From: a bacterium
Lineage (GTDB): Bacteria; Patescibacteriota; Minisyncoccia; Phycocordibacterales; UBA12088
DNA: 64,000 bases
Assembly: GCA_003252295.1 (NCBI GenBank)
Contig: QKEV01000003.1
Span: forward strand, 701-64,700
Direction of reading: 5' to 3'
Positions within the stretch are counted from its first letter, which is position 1. Every line of letters begins with the position of its first letter. The position numbers and the translations under genes are program-made. This document shows, in pieces, positions 52,404 to 64,000 of this stretch. The notes under the pieces were generated by a model. That model ran no database searches. It saw only the letters and a program-made list of their open reading frames with translations, and was not told the DNA's origin.

Positions 52404-53486
52404 ATGACAAAAACAAGCTTAGAAACACATAAAACAACACTGGATGAATTTGCCGGTATTGTATTAAACGAGAAAGCATCGGACTTGCATATCAATGCTT
52501 TTTATAAGCCAACAATACGTGTTTCTGGGGCACTTTTACCACTAACGAACTACGAGGAGTGTACTCATGAGGATACAGCAGAGTATCTTGCTCTCATGCT
52601 TAATGAGGAGCAGCGTGAGGTGTTTGATCAAACAAAAGAGATTGATTTTTCATACTATAATGAACAACATAAGGTGCGTTTTCGAGGTAATGCCTGCATA
52701 CAGCGTGGTGCTGTATCTATTGCACTGCGTCTTATTCCAACAAAGATACAGACAATTACCGACCTTGGACTTCCTGAGGTGCTCCTTGAGTTTACTAACA
52801 GAAGACAAGGTTTTTTCTTGGTGGTTGGTCCTGTCGGACAAGGTAAGTCAACAACACTTGCATCTCTTATTGAGTACGTGAACCAGACTCGTGCAGCTCA
52901 TATCGTTACTATTGAGGATCCTATTGAGTTCATCTATACCCCAAAACAGTGCATCATTGACCAACGTGAGGTAAAGCTCGATACTGATTCTTTTGAAGCA
53001 GGTCTCTACAGTGCATTTCGACAGGACATGGATGTTATTCTTGTTGGTGAGATGCGTGGTAACGAAGCTATAGCCGCTGCGGTGACGGCAGCAGAAACAG
53101 GACACCTTGTATTTTCAACACTGCATACCAACAATGCTTCACAGACCATCGATCGTATTGTTGACTCGTTTCCTTCACATCAGCAAGATCAGATACGTGT
53201 ACAGCTTGCAGGAAGCTTAACAGGTATCTTTTCAATACGTTTGATACAGAGGATAGAGGGTGGACTTGTACCAGCATATGAGCTTCTCGTAAACACACGA
53301 GCAGTATCAAACATGATACGAGAACGCAGAACACATGAGATAGACACTATGATTGAGACTGGTTCAGAGGACGGTATGATAAGTATGAATAATGTACTCA
53401 CGAAGCTTGTACGTACCGGAGAGATAAGTGTAGAGAATGCACTTGCAGCATCCTTTGATCCTAAAGGTCTAGAACGATTACTATAA
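52404..53486 (+). CDS. pilT: twitching motility ATPase PilT
   Basis: Walker A GPVGQGKSTTL, IVTIEDPIEF and HLVFSTLHTNNA. Confidence 0.9.
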   Translation: MTKTSLETHKTTLDEFAGIVLNEKASDLHINAFYKPTIRVSGALLPLTNYEECTHEDTAEYLALMLNEEQREVFDQTKEIDFSYYNEQHKVRFRGNACIQRGAVSIALRLIPTKIQTITDLGLPEVLLEFTNRRQGFFLVVGPVGQGKSTTLASLIEYVNQTRAAHIVTIEDPIEFIYTPKQCIIDQREVKLDTDSFEAGLYSAFRQDMDVILVGEMRGNEAIAAAVTAAETGHLVFSTLHTNNASQTIDRIVDSFPSHQQDQIRVQLAGSLTGIFSIRLIQRIEGGLVPAYELLVNTRAVSNMIRERRTHEIDTMIETGSEDGMISMNNVLTKLVRTGEISVENALAASFDPKGLERLL

Positions 53487-53490
53487 AACT

Positions 53491-54699
53491 ATGCTATTTA
53501 GATACAAAGCATTAGACAAAACAGGGAAAGAGCAGGAGGGAACCATTGAGACGGTAAACGAGGATACTGCTATTGCTGCACTGCAACGTAACGGTCTTAT
53601 TATCGTCAGCATTGAGCCTGCAGATAAAAAAGATTTTTTGCATGGTGACATTACTCTTTTTGAAACAGTTTCCACGAAAGAGATAGTTATTCTCTCACGC
53701 CAGCTTGCTACCCTCTTTGAGGCACAGGTGAGTGCGCTTCGTGTGTTTCGTTTACTTGGTTCCGAGGCATCTAACCCTCTCGTTCGAAAATCACTGACAC
53801 AGGTTGCAGAGGATATACAAGGTGGTATGTCTATCAGTAAGTCGATGGCAAAACATCCAAGGATATTTTCTTCTTTCTACTGCAACATGGTACTGGCTGG
53901 TGAAGAGACTGGTCGCCTAGAGGAAACCTTTAATCACCTCGCTGACTACATTGATAGGAATTATGCAGTGGTGAGTAAAGCGCAGCATGCAATGATCTAC
54001 CCTGGTTTCATCATGCTCACCTTTGTTGGTGTGATGGTGGCAATGCTTACCTTTGTTATCCCAAATCTCGCAGGTATGCTTACCGAGTCTGGAGCAGAAA
54101 TACCAACATACACGAAGATCGTCCTTACCTTAAGTGATTTGTTTGTAAACTATGGCTTACTCCTCTTCCTCTTTCTGGCAGGGTTGATTGTTGCCACCTG
54201 GCAGTACAGTAAAACAAATTCAGGGAAGCAGTACTTTGACAGGTTGAAGATCGATATACCGCTTGTAGGAAGTCTCTACCAAAAACTCTTTCTCTCTCGA
54301 CTTGCTGATAACCTTGCCACTATGCTCTTGAGCGGCATTGCCATGGTGCAGGCAATAGAAATCACCTCAGCTGTTGTTGAGAATGTGTACTATGAAAAGA
54401 TACTTCTTGAGGCGCGTGATGAGATCAAAAATGGTGCGAGTATCTCAAAAGCTTTCAGTAGACATCCAGAAATACCGACTATTATGATACAGATGATGCG
54501 AGTAGGAGAGGAGACAGGTGAACTTTCAAACATTTTGAAGACACTTGCAAAATTCTACACTCGTGAGGTTGAGAACACCGTTGATACACTCGTAGGCCTC
54601 ATGGAGCCGATCATGATCATTATGCTTGCTGGTGGTGTTGGAACGCTCGTTGCTTCTGTTATCATGCCTATCTATCAGGTTACGATGACTATGGGCTAA
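53491..54699 (+). CDS. pilC: type IV pilus platform protein PilC (GspF family)
   Basis: Two GspF repeats (LATLFEAQVSALRVF, LADNLATMLLSGIAMVQAI) and three TMs. Confidence 0.9.
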   Translation: MLFRYKALDKTGKEQEGTIETVNEDTAIAALQRNGLIIVSIEPADKKDFLHGDITLFETVSTKEIVILSRQLATLFEAQVSALRVFRLLGSEASNPLVRKSLTQVAEDIQGGMSISKSMAKHPRIFSSFYCNMVLAGEETGRLEETFNHLADYIDRNYAVVSKAQHAMIYPGFIMLTFVGVMVAMLTFVIPNLAGMLTESGAEIPTYTKIVLTLSDLFVNYGLLLFLFLAGLIVATWQYSKTNSGKQYFDRLKIDIPLVGSLYQKLFLSRLADNLATMLLSGIAMVQAIEITSAVVENVYYEKILLEARDEIKNGASISKAFSRHPEIPTIMIQMMRVGEETGELSNILKTLAKFYTREVENTVDTLVGLMEPIMIIMLAGGVGTLVASVIMPIYQVTMTMG

Positions 54700-54721
54700 T
54701 TTGAAGAAATTGCTTGGATAA

Positions 54722-54805
54722 TTTCTGCGTTACTGCAATCATTCAAACATTCACTGTATAAAAAATACAGCTCATGTTTTCATTTCTTTGCGCCTTGAAC
54801 TTACC
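54722..54805 (+). repeat. intergenic repeat family, copy 5 (diverged) between pilC and major pilin gene
   Basis: TTCTGCGTTACTGCAATCATTCAAACATTCACTGTATaaaaaATACAGCTCATGTTTTCATTTCTTTGCGCCTTGAACTT. The hairpin carries compensatory C-G to U-A changes. Confidence 0.6.
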
Positions 54806-55134
54806 ACAAGCAATCTCTTCAAATATTAAGATATATTTTTGCAAACACCTTCAGTAACTGCGTCCTCAACTTACTCGTAGTGTTATTCGTCTGCCCTCCA
54901 AAGCTTTATGTGAAGGTGGGTTATCTCAACCTTTACTTAAAAAACCACTCTCAGTACGTTTTGTTTTATTGGCTCAATATTTAATTTCAAATTAAAAAGT
55001 AACCTAGGTTTTCCCCAAAAAACTACATAGTATTGTTCAAAGGGGTAAGGTGGGGCGGTATACTGTAGGTACTCTAAGCACACAGAGTTTTTGCGTTTAG
55101 TAAAAAATTATTAGTACTTTATTTAACAATAACT

Positions 55135-55566
55135 ATGTATAAAAAACTAACACGAGGTTTTACATTGATTGAGTTGCTCGTTGTGATCGCCATCATTGGT
55201 ATCCTTGCCTCAGTGGTACTTGCGTCACTCGGTGACCAGCGTTCAAAGGCACGTGCAACTGCAGCACTGCAGTCAGCTCGAAGTACACTCCCTGCACTCA
55301 TTATTTGTAAGAGTGATGGAGGTAGCCTTCTTACTCCTACAGCTCTTGGGGGAACTGGAAATGTGGTATGTGATGATGTAAACATTACTGCTACTGAATG
55401 GCCAGAGTTGCCAGCAGGTTGGGAGTACACTGTTGCAAGCTTTGACGGTAGTACTGACTTAGATGGTAATACCAGTATTGATAACTTCAGTTTCGTTTTG
55501 GCTGACACCGATGCGGGAAGCACCCGATCAGTATCTTGTGATCAGGACGGATGTGAGTACCTCTAG
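55135..55566 (+). CDS. type IV pilin (candidate major pilin)
   Basis: Class III signal MYKKLTRGFTLIELLVVIAIIGILASVVL, with a Cys pair near the C-terminus. Confidence 0.85.
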   Translation: MYKKLTRGFTLIELLVVIAIIGILASVVLASLGDQRSKARATAALQSARSTLPALIICKSDGGSLLTPTALGGTGNVVCDDVNITATEWPELPAGWEYTVASFDGSTDLDGNTSIDNFSFVLADTDAGSTRSVSCDQDGCEYL

Positions 55567-55688
55567 AATTTCCTAATTTCTTAGCATTACACACAAAAAG
55601 CACCTTTGGTGCTTTTTGTGTGTGGGCAGAACTTGTTACGTGCAGGGTCTATTCTCGGGTACAATGGTACGTACAAATAAAAAGACAC

Positions 55689-56528
55689 ATGTTTATTTTT
55701 CTTTCACATATTCATTTCGTTTTTGCATTTCTTTTAGGTGTTGCTATAGGAAGTTTTTTGAACGTAGTAGTGCTACGTCGAGAAAAAGAAGAAGCTGTAA
55801 CGGGAAGGAGTCACTGCATGCACTGTGGTAAGGTGCTCAGGTGGTATGAGCTTGTACCAGTACTGTCGTACGTTAAACAAATGGGAAGGTGTACAGGTTG
55901 TAAAGAGAAACTCTCAGTGCAGTACCCACTTGTGGAACTCATAACAGGAATACTCTTTACACTCGTCGTTGGTGCGCTTTTTGGCAGAGTAGGGAGTGCA
56001 GTGACACTAGGTATGCCAACAGGACTTGAGCTTGTGTTGCATTGGACTATTTGGTCGTTGTTTATCGCAATTACCGTCTACGATATTCGCACCAAACTTA
56101 TTCCTGATGTCTTTTCATATACACTCGCAGTGTCTGCTTTTGCACTCCTCTTTGTGCAGGGTGGTGTATTCATGCTTCCAAGCTACGTGGAAATACTAGC
56201 AGGACCGTTTCTCTTTTTGCCGTTCTACCTGCTCTGGAAGGTGTCAGATGGTCACTGGCTCGGCTTGGGAGATGGAAAGCTTGCTCTTGGTATAGGGTGG
56301 TTTCTTGGACTGAGTTTAGGAGGCACTGCGATCATGTTTGCGTTTTGGATTGGAGCAGTGGTTTCAGTGGGTATCATTGCATTTCAAAAGTTTACACAAT
56401 CTTTACAAGGGAAAAGGGTTGGAGAGCAACTGACCCTGAAAAGTGAAATACCATTTGGACCGTTCCTTGTACTTGGTGCGCTCATTGTCTACCTAACCCA
56501 TGTAAATCTTTTTGCGCAGCTGCTCTAG
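55689..56528 (+). CDS. pilD: prepilin peptidase PilD (A24 family)
   Basis: N-terminal zinc-binding CMHCGK...CTGCK and an 8-TM core with conserved Asp residues (VYDIRTKLIPD). Start at Met 55689. Confidence 0.88.
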   Translation: MFIFLSHIHFVFAFLLGVAIGSFLNVVVLRREKEEAVTGRSHCMHCGKVLRWYELVPVLSYVKQMGRCTGCKEKLSVQYPLVELITGILFTLVVGALFGRVGSAVTLGMPTGLELVLHWTIWSLFIAITVYDIRTKLIPDVFSYTLAVSAFALLFVQGGVFMLPSYVEILAGPFLFLPFYLLWKVSDGHWLGLGDGKLALGIGWFLGLSLGGTAIMFAFWIGAVVSVGIIAFQKFTQSLQGKRVGEQLTLKSEIPFGPFLVLGALIVYLTHVNLFAQLL

Positions 56529-56579
56529 GTGTTGACGACTGGCTTGTCGCAAGGTGCCGTACCTTGCTACAGTTAGGGT

Positions 56580-57065
56580 ATGAAGAAACAAAAAAGTGCA
56601 TTTACCATGAGAGGATTCACACTCATGGAGCTCATGACGGTGATAGCTATTATCGGTATTCTTGCTGCGGTCGTTTTCCCAAGTTTGTCAGATTCGAAAG
56701 CGAAGGCACGTGACTCAGAACGTGTTACAGATTTAGGTCAAATAGCGATAGCTGTTGAGCTCTACTATAGTACTTGCAAAGAGTATCCGGCTACATTCGC
56801 TAATGCAGCGAGCAATGGTTGTACTGGATCAGTAAAACTTGAAGATTTCATCGATACATCGACTGTAGCAGATCCAATAAATGCTACACAGGATGGAGTT
56901 ACGTATACGTATACGTATGCAGTTGAGACTACCAATTATTCATCATACAGAATTCAAGCAGTACTCGAAAAAGGAGGTGGAGTACTCGATAACAGCTCCA
57001 GTGTTCCGAGTTGGAATGCTGGGATCTGTGATAAAACTGCCAACGAGTATTGTAAGGGTAGGTAG
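56580..57065 (+). CDS. type IV pilin-like protein (minor pilin)
   Basis: MRGFTLMELMTVIAIIGILAAVVFPSL prepilin signal. Confidence 0.8.
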   Translation: MKKQKSAFTMRGFTLMELMTVIAIIGILAAVVFPSLSDSKAKARDSERVTDLGQIAIAVELYYSTCKEYPATFANAASNGCTGSVKLEDFIDTSTVADPINATQDGVTYTYTYAVETTNYSSYRIQAVLEKGGGVLDNSSSVPSWNAGICDKTANEYCKGR

Positions 57066-57070
57066 ACAAC

Positions 57071-57634
57071 ATGAGTACCAAGTACACAAAAGGTTTTACG
57101 CTAATCGAGCTTGTTGTTGTGCTCGGTATACTTGTTGGTCTGGGTGGTACGCTACTTTTACAGGGTAGTGGTGCGAGGGATAGGATGAAGGTGCAACGGG
57201 CAGCAGTGCAGCTCAAAGCAGCGATCATAGAGGCACAAGCATTGGGGAACAGTGGACGCATCTTTACACCTGAGGGAGTACCTTATGATGAAAAACTCGA
57301 CTACGACAGAGGCTACGGTATCTATGTGGAAGAGGGTGATGATTTTATTACCATGTATGGAGGAGATGGGGATGGTACTGGTCCAAATGATGAGGTGTAC
57401 GATGTCGATAATACGTATGAAGTGGTTACGTTTGAAAGCGGGGTAGAAGTTGATGACGTGTCTGTTGGTGGTAATAGAGTGCAGATTTTCTTTCGGAGAG
57501 GGGAAAGTGGTGCGTTGATTTTTAAAACAAATAGCTCTGTTCTTCAAAGTAATGTAACTATTACACTTGCCTTAAACGATGCAAGTGCAAAAGTATTCGT
57601 AAATGAGGCAGGGTTGGTTTATATTGAAGAGTAG
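57071..57634 (+). CDS. type IV minor pilin-like protein
   Basis: KGFTLIELVVVLGILVGLGG prepilin signal. Confidence 0.75.
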   Translation: MSTKYTKGFTLIELVVVLGILVGLGGTLLLQGSGARDRMKVQRAAVQLKAAIIEAQALGNSGRIFTPEGVPYDEKLDYDRGYGIYVEEGDDFITMYGGDGDGTGPNDEVYDVDNTYEVVTFESGVEVDDVSVGGNRVQIFFRRGESGALIFKTNSSVLQSNVTITLALNDASAKVFVNEAGLVYIEE

Positions 57635-57637
57635 TGT

Positions 57638-58183
57638 ATGAACAGAAAAAGAAAACTAATACAGACAAAAGAAAAGGGTTCATTTCTCATTGAACTGCTC
57701 GTTGCGTTTTTCATTATTTCAATAGCAATGACTGTGGTGGTGGATACATTTGTTACCTCTCAACGATCCTACTACGTTGCTTCAGAAAAGGCTGACCTCA
57801 CCAGTTCGCTTGCGTTTTTGCTTGAAGATATGACGAGAGAGGCACGTGTGAGTACGAGCTTCACCTGTGCCTTGCCTCCATGCAGTGGTGCATCTGATTT
57901 CAAGATGACACACATAGTAGGGTTAAACAGTGCCGGTCCTAATGAAAATGTTCAGTATGTTTTGGTTAATGGTGCAACAAAGAAGATACAAAAGATGACC
58001 CCTGACGGTTTATTGCATGACATGACACCACCTGGAGTTGCTATAGATGATTTCATGGTGACCGTGCATGGTCAATCACCAAAAGATCCGATACGTGCCC
58101 AGGTATCACTTACGGCACACAGTGTTGAACGACCTGAACAGATTATTAACATTCAGACGTCGTACACGTCACGGAACTACTAG
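57638..58183 (+). CDS. type IV minor pilin-like protein
   Basis: KGSFLIELLVAFFIISIAMTVV prepilin-type N-terminus. Confidence 0.7.
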   Translation: MNRKRKLIQTKEKGSFLIELLVAFFIISIAMTVVVDTFVTSQRSYYVASEKADLTSSLAFLLEDMTREARVSTSFTCALPPCSGASDFKMTHIVGLNSAGPNENVQYVLVNGATKKIQKMTPDGLLHDMTPPGVAIDDFMVTVHGQSPKDPIRAQVSLTAHSVERPEQIINIQTSYTSRNY

Positions 58184-58184
58184 C

Positions 58185-58706
58185 ATGAAGAGGACATTGA
58201 AAGCAAAAGAAGAGGGAATGGTGCTGCTTGAGGCGATTGTTGCTGTTGGTGTGCTCACCACTATGTTTGCGGCGACCATGGCACTTTTCACCGCTTCGGT
58301 CACTGGGGTGAACTTAACCAACGATCAACTCATTGCAACGTACCTGGCACAGGATGCCATGGAACAGATCATTGCAAAAAACCAGTACAATTTTGATAAT
58401 GGTGAAGACTGGTTGTTCGATATGAATAACTGCTCGCTTGCTGGAGGTTGTGCACTTGATTACTTTTCAGCAGATGTGGACACATCACCGGAGAAGTGTG
58501 TTGATGCCAATAACTGCAAACTTTACTTTGAAAGTGGTGTATACACTACCACCGGGATAAATGAATCTCCATACACCCGCGTTACAACAATCTCACTTGA
58601 TGCCTTGAACCATCAAGCGGTTGTGGAGGTAGAAGTGTCATGGCTAAGTGGTGAAGATACTTTAACGTATACGCTTCGAAATATTTTATATGAGTACTTA
58701 CAGTAG
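58185..58706 (+). CDS. type IV minor pilin-like protein
   Basis: Start at MKRTLKAKEEGMVLLEAIVAVGVLTTMF, a prepilin-like N-terminus with Glu at +5. The ORF track starts upstream, in overlap. Confidence 0.7.
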   Translation: MKRTLKAKEEGMVLLEAIVAVGVLTTMFAATMALFTASVTGVNLTNDQLIATYLAQDAMEQIIAKNQYNFDNGEDWLFDMNNCSLAGGCALDYFSADVDTSPEKCVDANNCKLYFESGVYTTTGINESPYTRVTTISLDALNHQAVVEVEVSWLSGEDTLTYTLRNILYEYLQ

Positions 58707-60492
58707 TATGACAACACAGGTTGTATCTAAGCATGAAGAGAAGGGTGGCGGCTTCTCCCTCCTTTTGGTGGTGCTCGTAGGATCATTTATGCTCATCATT
58801 ACAATGGCGCTTGCTGACTATGCTCAACGTCTCGTAAGCTCACTGCAGGTACGTGGTGAGGCAGTCCAAGACCTCTATACTGCCGAGAGTGCTTTCGAGT
58901 GCGTTAAGTTCTGGATTAGACGAGACTACCGTCAGTTCAGTTACGTGGATGGTGGACCGTCTGAAGTAGCTGTTTGTAATGGGTATGAGTATGATTTTAA
59001 TCCAAGTTCCAGTACTGATACTGCTGGTGATGGTGTCGATCCTGAGTACTCAGGAAACACGGGGACTTTTCGGATACCGTTTAGTAGCACTGATCCAAAT
59101 GGTGCGGGAGTGTTTGTTGAGGTTGAACGCGATGCTATTGCGAGTGAGAAGCTGTTTAAAGGAATAATACGTGTCTACAGTCAGAGTAATGATGCATCAG
59201 GGATCAAAACTGCTGAACGATACCAAGAGTATACCTACATGATACTCTTTGGTGCCGATATTATGTTTGTTGTTGATACTTCAGGAAGTATTGATGCTGA
59301 CGATGGTACTGGAACGCAAAGTAGAGGATTGCGTTCCCCTGGTCTGAATGACTGGAACAAAATGCTTGATGCTGTGATTGATTCTGTTGGTCTATTGCAC
59401 CGTACGATTCCAGTACCTAAGATTGGTTTGCTCTCATATGGAACAGATGCTAGTGATACGGGTAATCGTGCTGGTGCGGCTTGTAGCGCTGAAATGTTTG
59501 GTTCAGAGTGTAATTGGCGTGAACCTGACGTAGTGTTGACCGATGATCTGACTAATCTCATTGATGACAGCGGTCCATTTGATATGCCAATAATGAACAA
59601 TCTTTCCTCAGATCCTCCTGCAACAAACCTTTCACTTGCAATATCTATAGCAGGAGCTGAGCTCATGGGTAGGTACTATCCACACTCGGAGTATGACCTA
59701 GGTACCACGGGGTGGAACTCAGGTGACTTTGAAAAAGCAGTGATGGGTGGGCAAGGTGTTGACTTCACTGACCTCCCGGCGCAATCACCTAACCGTGACA
59801 GTGATGATAGTCTTCATCCTGATGTTATGGTAATCGTTACCGACGGTGCACCAAACGGTATCATGTCAACCATGACGAGCGACTCTCTACCGAGAGATTT
59901 GTACGTGATGTCGGTAGATAACCTTGAAGATACCTCCACAACTCCTCATCTAAATAAGTTTGTTGATGGTGCGCATTTTATCCATAACTTCTATGATGTT
60001 GGTGACACTATGCTCTTCAGGACACCGTTCAATCCTGACGGCGCTTTTGGAACATTTGTACTAGATAAACCGGATGCCTCTGACCCGGATCAGCTACCAA
60101 CCCCGGATCTTTTCAGTTACCAGTGGTGTGATGATACGGAGTCAGAAAATCCACATGGCTACTTTAACAGTGTCCTACGGCTGAGGCATAATTATGCACC
60201 ATACTTTGCCATGTGTAATGCATCGACAATAGCTGATGTGCTCAAAGAAGATACGAATACGTCTGATCCAAATATCACTATTATTGGTATATACGTAAAT
60301 GGTGATATACCACTAGATGAAGATAACTTTAATGCGAATACGTGGCCAATAGAGGCAGTGTGGATGCATGAATACTTGGTATCTGAGACAGCATCAAGCG
60401 AAAAGTTATTTGCGCATATTGATAACTATGATGAGCTCGAAAGTGCATTGCTCTACCTTTTTGAGACGTTGACGCTTGAGGAGGCACGATAG
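58690..60492 (+). CDS. pilus-associated large protein with pseudopilin-like N-terminal TM and vWA (MIDAS) domain; candidate tip adhesin
   Basis: N-terminal hydrophobic segment (FSLLLVVLVGSFMLIITMALA). IMFVVDTSGSID matches the D.S.S MIDAS motif. ~600 aa, last gene of the pilin array. Confidence 0.6.
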   Translation: MSTYSSMTTQVVSKHEEKGGGFSLLLVVLVGSFMLIITMALADYAQRLVSSLQVRGEAVQDLYTAESAFECVKFWIRRDYRQFSYVDGGPSEVAVCNGYEYDFNPSSSTDTAGDGVDPEYSGNTGTFRIPFSSTDPNGAGVFVEVERDAIASEKLFKGIIRVYSQSNDASGIKTAERYQEYTYMILFGADIMFVVDTSGSIDADDGTGTQSRGLRSPGLNDWNKMLDAVIDSVGLLHRTIPVPKIGLLSYGTDASDTGNRAGAACSAEMFGSECNWREPDVVLTDDLTNLIDDSGPFDMPIMNNLSSDPPATNLSLAISIAGAELMGRYYPHSEYDLGTTGWNSGDFEKAVMGGQGVDFTDLPAQSPNRDSDDSLHPDVMVIVTDGAPNGIMSTMTSDSLPRDLYVMSVDNLEDTSTTPHLNKFVDGAHFIHNFYDVGDTMLFRTPFNPDGAFGTFVLDKPDASDPDQLPTPDLFSYQWCDDTESENPHGYFNSVLRLRHNYAPYFAMCNASTIADVLKEDTNTSDPNITIIGIYVNGDIPLDEDNFNANTWPIEAVWMHEYLVSETASSEKLFAHIDNYDELESALLYLFETLTLEEAR

Positions 60493-60553
60493 GTCTAGTT
60501 AGTAAGAAATTACCCCACGGCATGGACATGCATGTGGGGTTTTTGTGTAGTAA

Positions 60554-62575
<2,022 letters not shown>

Positions 62576-62608
62576 AGTATCGAACAACACTGTGCTATAG
62601 TCAGAGGC

Positions 62609-62893
62609 ATGATTTCAAAAGATGAGGTAAAGAAGATAGCTGAACTCGCACTTCTTGCTGTTGATGAAAAAGAACTCGATGCACTTACCAAGGAGATGGA
62701 CTCTATTTTAGAGTACGTTTCAGAGGTGAATGAGATAACCTCAGAGAGTGATGGTTCACACGAGGAGCCTGCATTGATCAATGTGATGCGCGAGGATGTT
62801 GCAACTAATGAGCCAGGTCAGTACACCAAAAAAATACTTGGTGAAGCACCTAGTACCGACGGAGATTACTTGACGGTAAAAAAGATTTTGTAA
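62609..62893 (+). CDS. gatC: Asp-tRNA(Asn)/Glu-tRNA(Gln) amidotransferase subunit C
   Basis: MISKDEVKKIAELALLAV..., the ~95-aa size, and its position before gatA. Confidence 0.85.
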   Translation: MISKDEVKKIAELALLAVDEKELDALTKEMDSILEYVSEVNEITSESDGSHEEPALINVMREDVATNEPGQYTKKILGEAPSTDGDYLTVKKIL

Positions 62894-62895
62894 CT

Positions 62896-64000
62896 ATGAT
62901 TGATACTGAAAAAGCAACAATACGTGAGGTTCGAGAAAAACTCGACGCAAAGGAGTTTACTGCTGTTGAGTTGGCACAAGCATACCTAGATGCTATAGAA
63001 AAAAAAGACAGCGAGATACATGCCTTTCTTGAGGTGTATGACGATGTCTTGGAACAAGCTAAGAAGGCAGATGAGCGAATCGCTAAAGGGGAGACAACAC
63101 CGCTCCTCGGCATACCCCTTGCAATCAAAGATAATATTCTCATTGAGGGAAGGAAGGTAAGTAGTGCATCTAAGATGCTAGAGAACTATACAGCGACGTA
63201 TGACGCGACAGTGATAACAAAACTTAAAGAGCAAGGTGCAGTGTTCCTAGGAAGGACAAACATGGATGAGTTTGCTATGGGTACCTCAACTGAAAATAGC
63301 GCCTTTGGACCTACCAAGAATCCGGTGGATACGACACGTGTTCCAGGGGGTTCATCGGGAGGTTCTGCGGCGGCAGTAAGGAGTGGTATGACGCTAGCTG
63401 CACTTGGTTCTGATACTGGTGGATCCATACGGCAACCGGCTGCGCTGTGTGGAATTGTTGGTATAAAACCAACGTACGGTTCTGTTTCTCGTCATGGTCT
63501 CATGGCTATGGGTAGTTCACTTGATGTGATTGGACCTCTTGCACGGTGTGTTGATGATGCAGAAATACTGTATAGTGCAATACGAGGTTGTGATGCAATG
63601 GATGCAACTACTGTACCAGACACAAGGAAACGTTTAGAGAAAAAGAAAAAGTATACAGTGGGTGTTCCGAGAGGATTCCTCGAGAAGGGTGTTGAAGCAG
63701 ATGTGCTTGAAAAATTTGAAGAAGGACTTGAGGCACTTCGTAAGGCAGGGCATGACGTTGTAGATATTGATCTGCCAAGTTTAAAGAATTCTCTTGCAAC
63801 GTACTACATTATTGTTCCAGCTGAAGTGAGTGCTAATCTTGCGCGTTTTGATGGTGTACGATACGGTCTGCATGTTGATGGTAAGGATAGGATAGATGAT
63901 TACAGGCAAACACGTGGTGCAGGATTTGGAAAAGAGGTGCGAAGAAGGATACTCATCGGTACGTACGTACTTTCTTCAGGGTACTACGATGCCTTTTACA
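62896..64000 (+). CDS. gatA: Asp-tRNA(Asn)/Glu-tRNA(Gln) amidotransferase subunit A (3' end beyond window)
   Basis: Amidase signature GGSSGGSAAAV, plus LLGIPLAIKDNI. The reading frame is still open at the window edge and is absent from the ORF track only because it has no stop. Confidence 0.9.
   Translation, partial: MIDTEKATIREVREKLDAKEFTAVELAQAYLDAIEKKDSEIHAFLEVYDDVLEQAKKADERIAKGETTPLLGIPLAIKDNILIEGRKVSSASKMLENYTATYDATVITKLKEQGAVFLGRTNMDEFAMGTSTENSAFGPTKNPVDTTRVPGGSSGGSAAAVRSGMTLAALGSDTGGSIRQPAALCGIVGIKPTYGSVSRHGLMAMGSSLDVIGPLARCVDDAEILYSAIRGCDAMDATTVPDTRKRLEKKKKYTVGVPRGFLEKGVEADVLEKFEEGLEALRKAGHDVVDIDLPSLKNSLATYYIIVPAEVSANLARFDGVRYGLHVDGKDRIDDYRQTRGAGFGKEVRRRILIGTYVLSSGYYDAFY

Overview
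This 64-kb window looks like part of a small-genome bacterium, most consistent with a Patescibacteria/CPR-like lineage (inference from gene content; no database search was run). Supporting observations are a ribosomal-protein supercluster with no L30 gene, a zinc-ribbon S14 type Z, Lys/Glu- or Arg-rich extensions on many r-proteins and IF3, gatC-gatA, a type IV pilus locus with no secretin, and roughly 40% GC by eye. Layout: (1) 1-10.2 kb is a cell-surface gene cluster. It holds a giant tandem-repeat protein (cut by the window edge) and a small secreted protein sharing its ~170-aa C-terminal domain. Next come a DUF916-like anchored protein, a dockerin-bearing secreted protein, two membrane-anchored cohesin-like paralogs and one more anchored hypothetical. 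(2) 10.2-12.0 kb is an AT-rich accessory island with small orphan ORFs and a 12-mer tandem repeat. (3) 12.0-28.0 kb holds rplC-rplD-rplW-rplB-rpsS-rplV-rpsC-rplP-rpmC-rpsQ-rplN-rplX-rplE, then a 5.6-kb insertion carrying a MacAB-like efflux system and small orphan genes. After the insertion, rpsZ-rpsH-rplF-rplR-rpsE-rplO-secY resume under their own promoter. (4) 28.0-31.2 kb is a second insertion with a P-loop kinase carrying an acidic repeat tail, divergent from an ABC-2 exporter. (5) adk and map follow, each carrying a 3'-end frameshift. Then come a long-form ndk, a membrane protein behind a terminated leader, rplT-rpmI-infC on the minus strand, ftsH, tRNA(anticodon UAU) and recG. (6) 41-47 kb holds a TPR membrane protein, a Cys-rich secreted protein, a DksA/TraR zinc-finger protein, PduO-type adenosyltransferase, homoserine dehydrogenase and a ComF-like PRTase. 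(7) 47-60.5 kb is a complete type IV pilus locus: pilM-N-O-P, pilB, receiver, pilT, pilC, major pilin, pilD, four minor pilins and a vWA-domain tip protein. (8) ligA, gatC and a 3'-truncated gatA close the window. The items I would look at first are the surface-display cluster (a dockerin/cohesin pair plus a shared-C-terminal-domain trio) and a five-copy intergenic repeat family whose 6-bp hairpin shows compensatory base changes between copies. I found no CRISPR array, integrase, transposase or rRNA.
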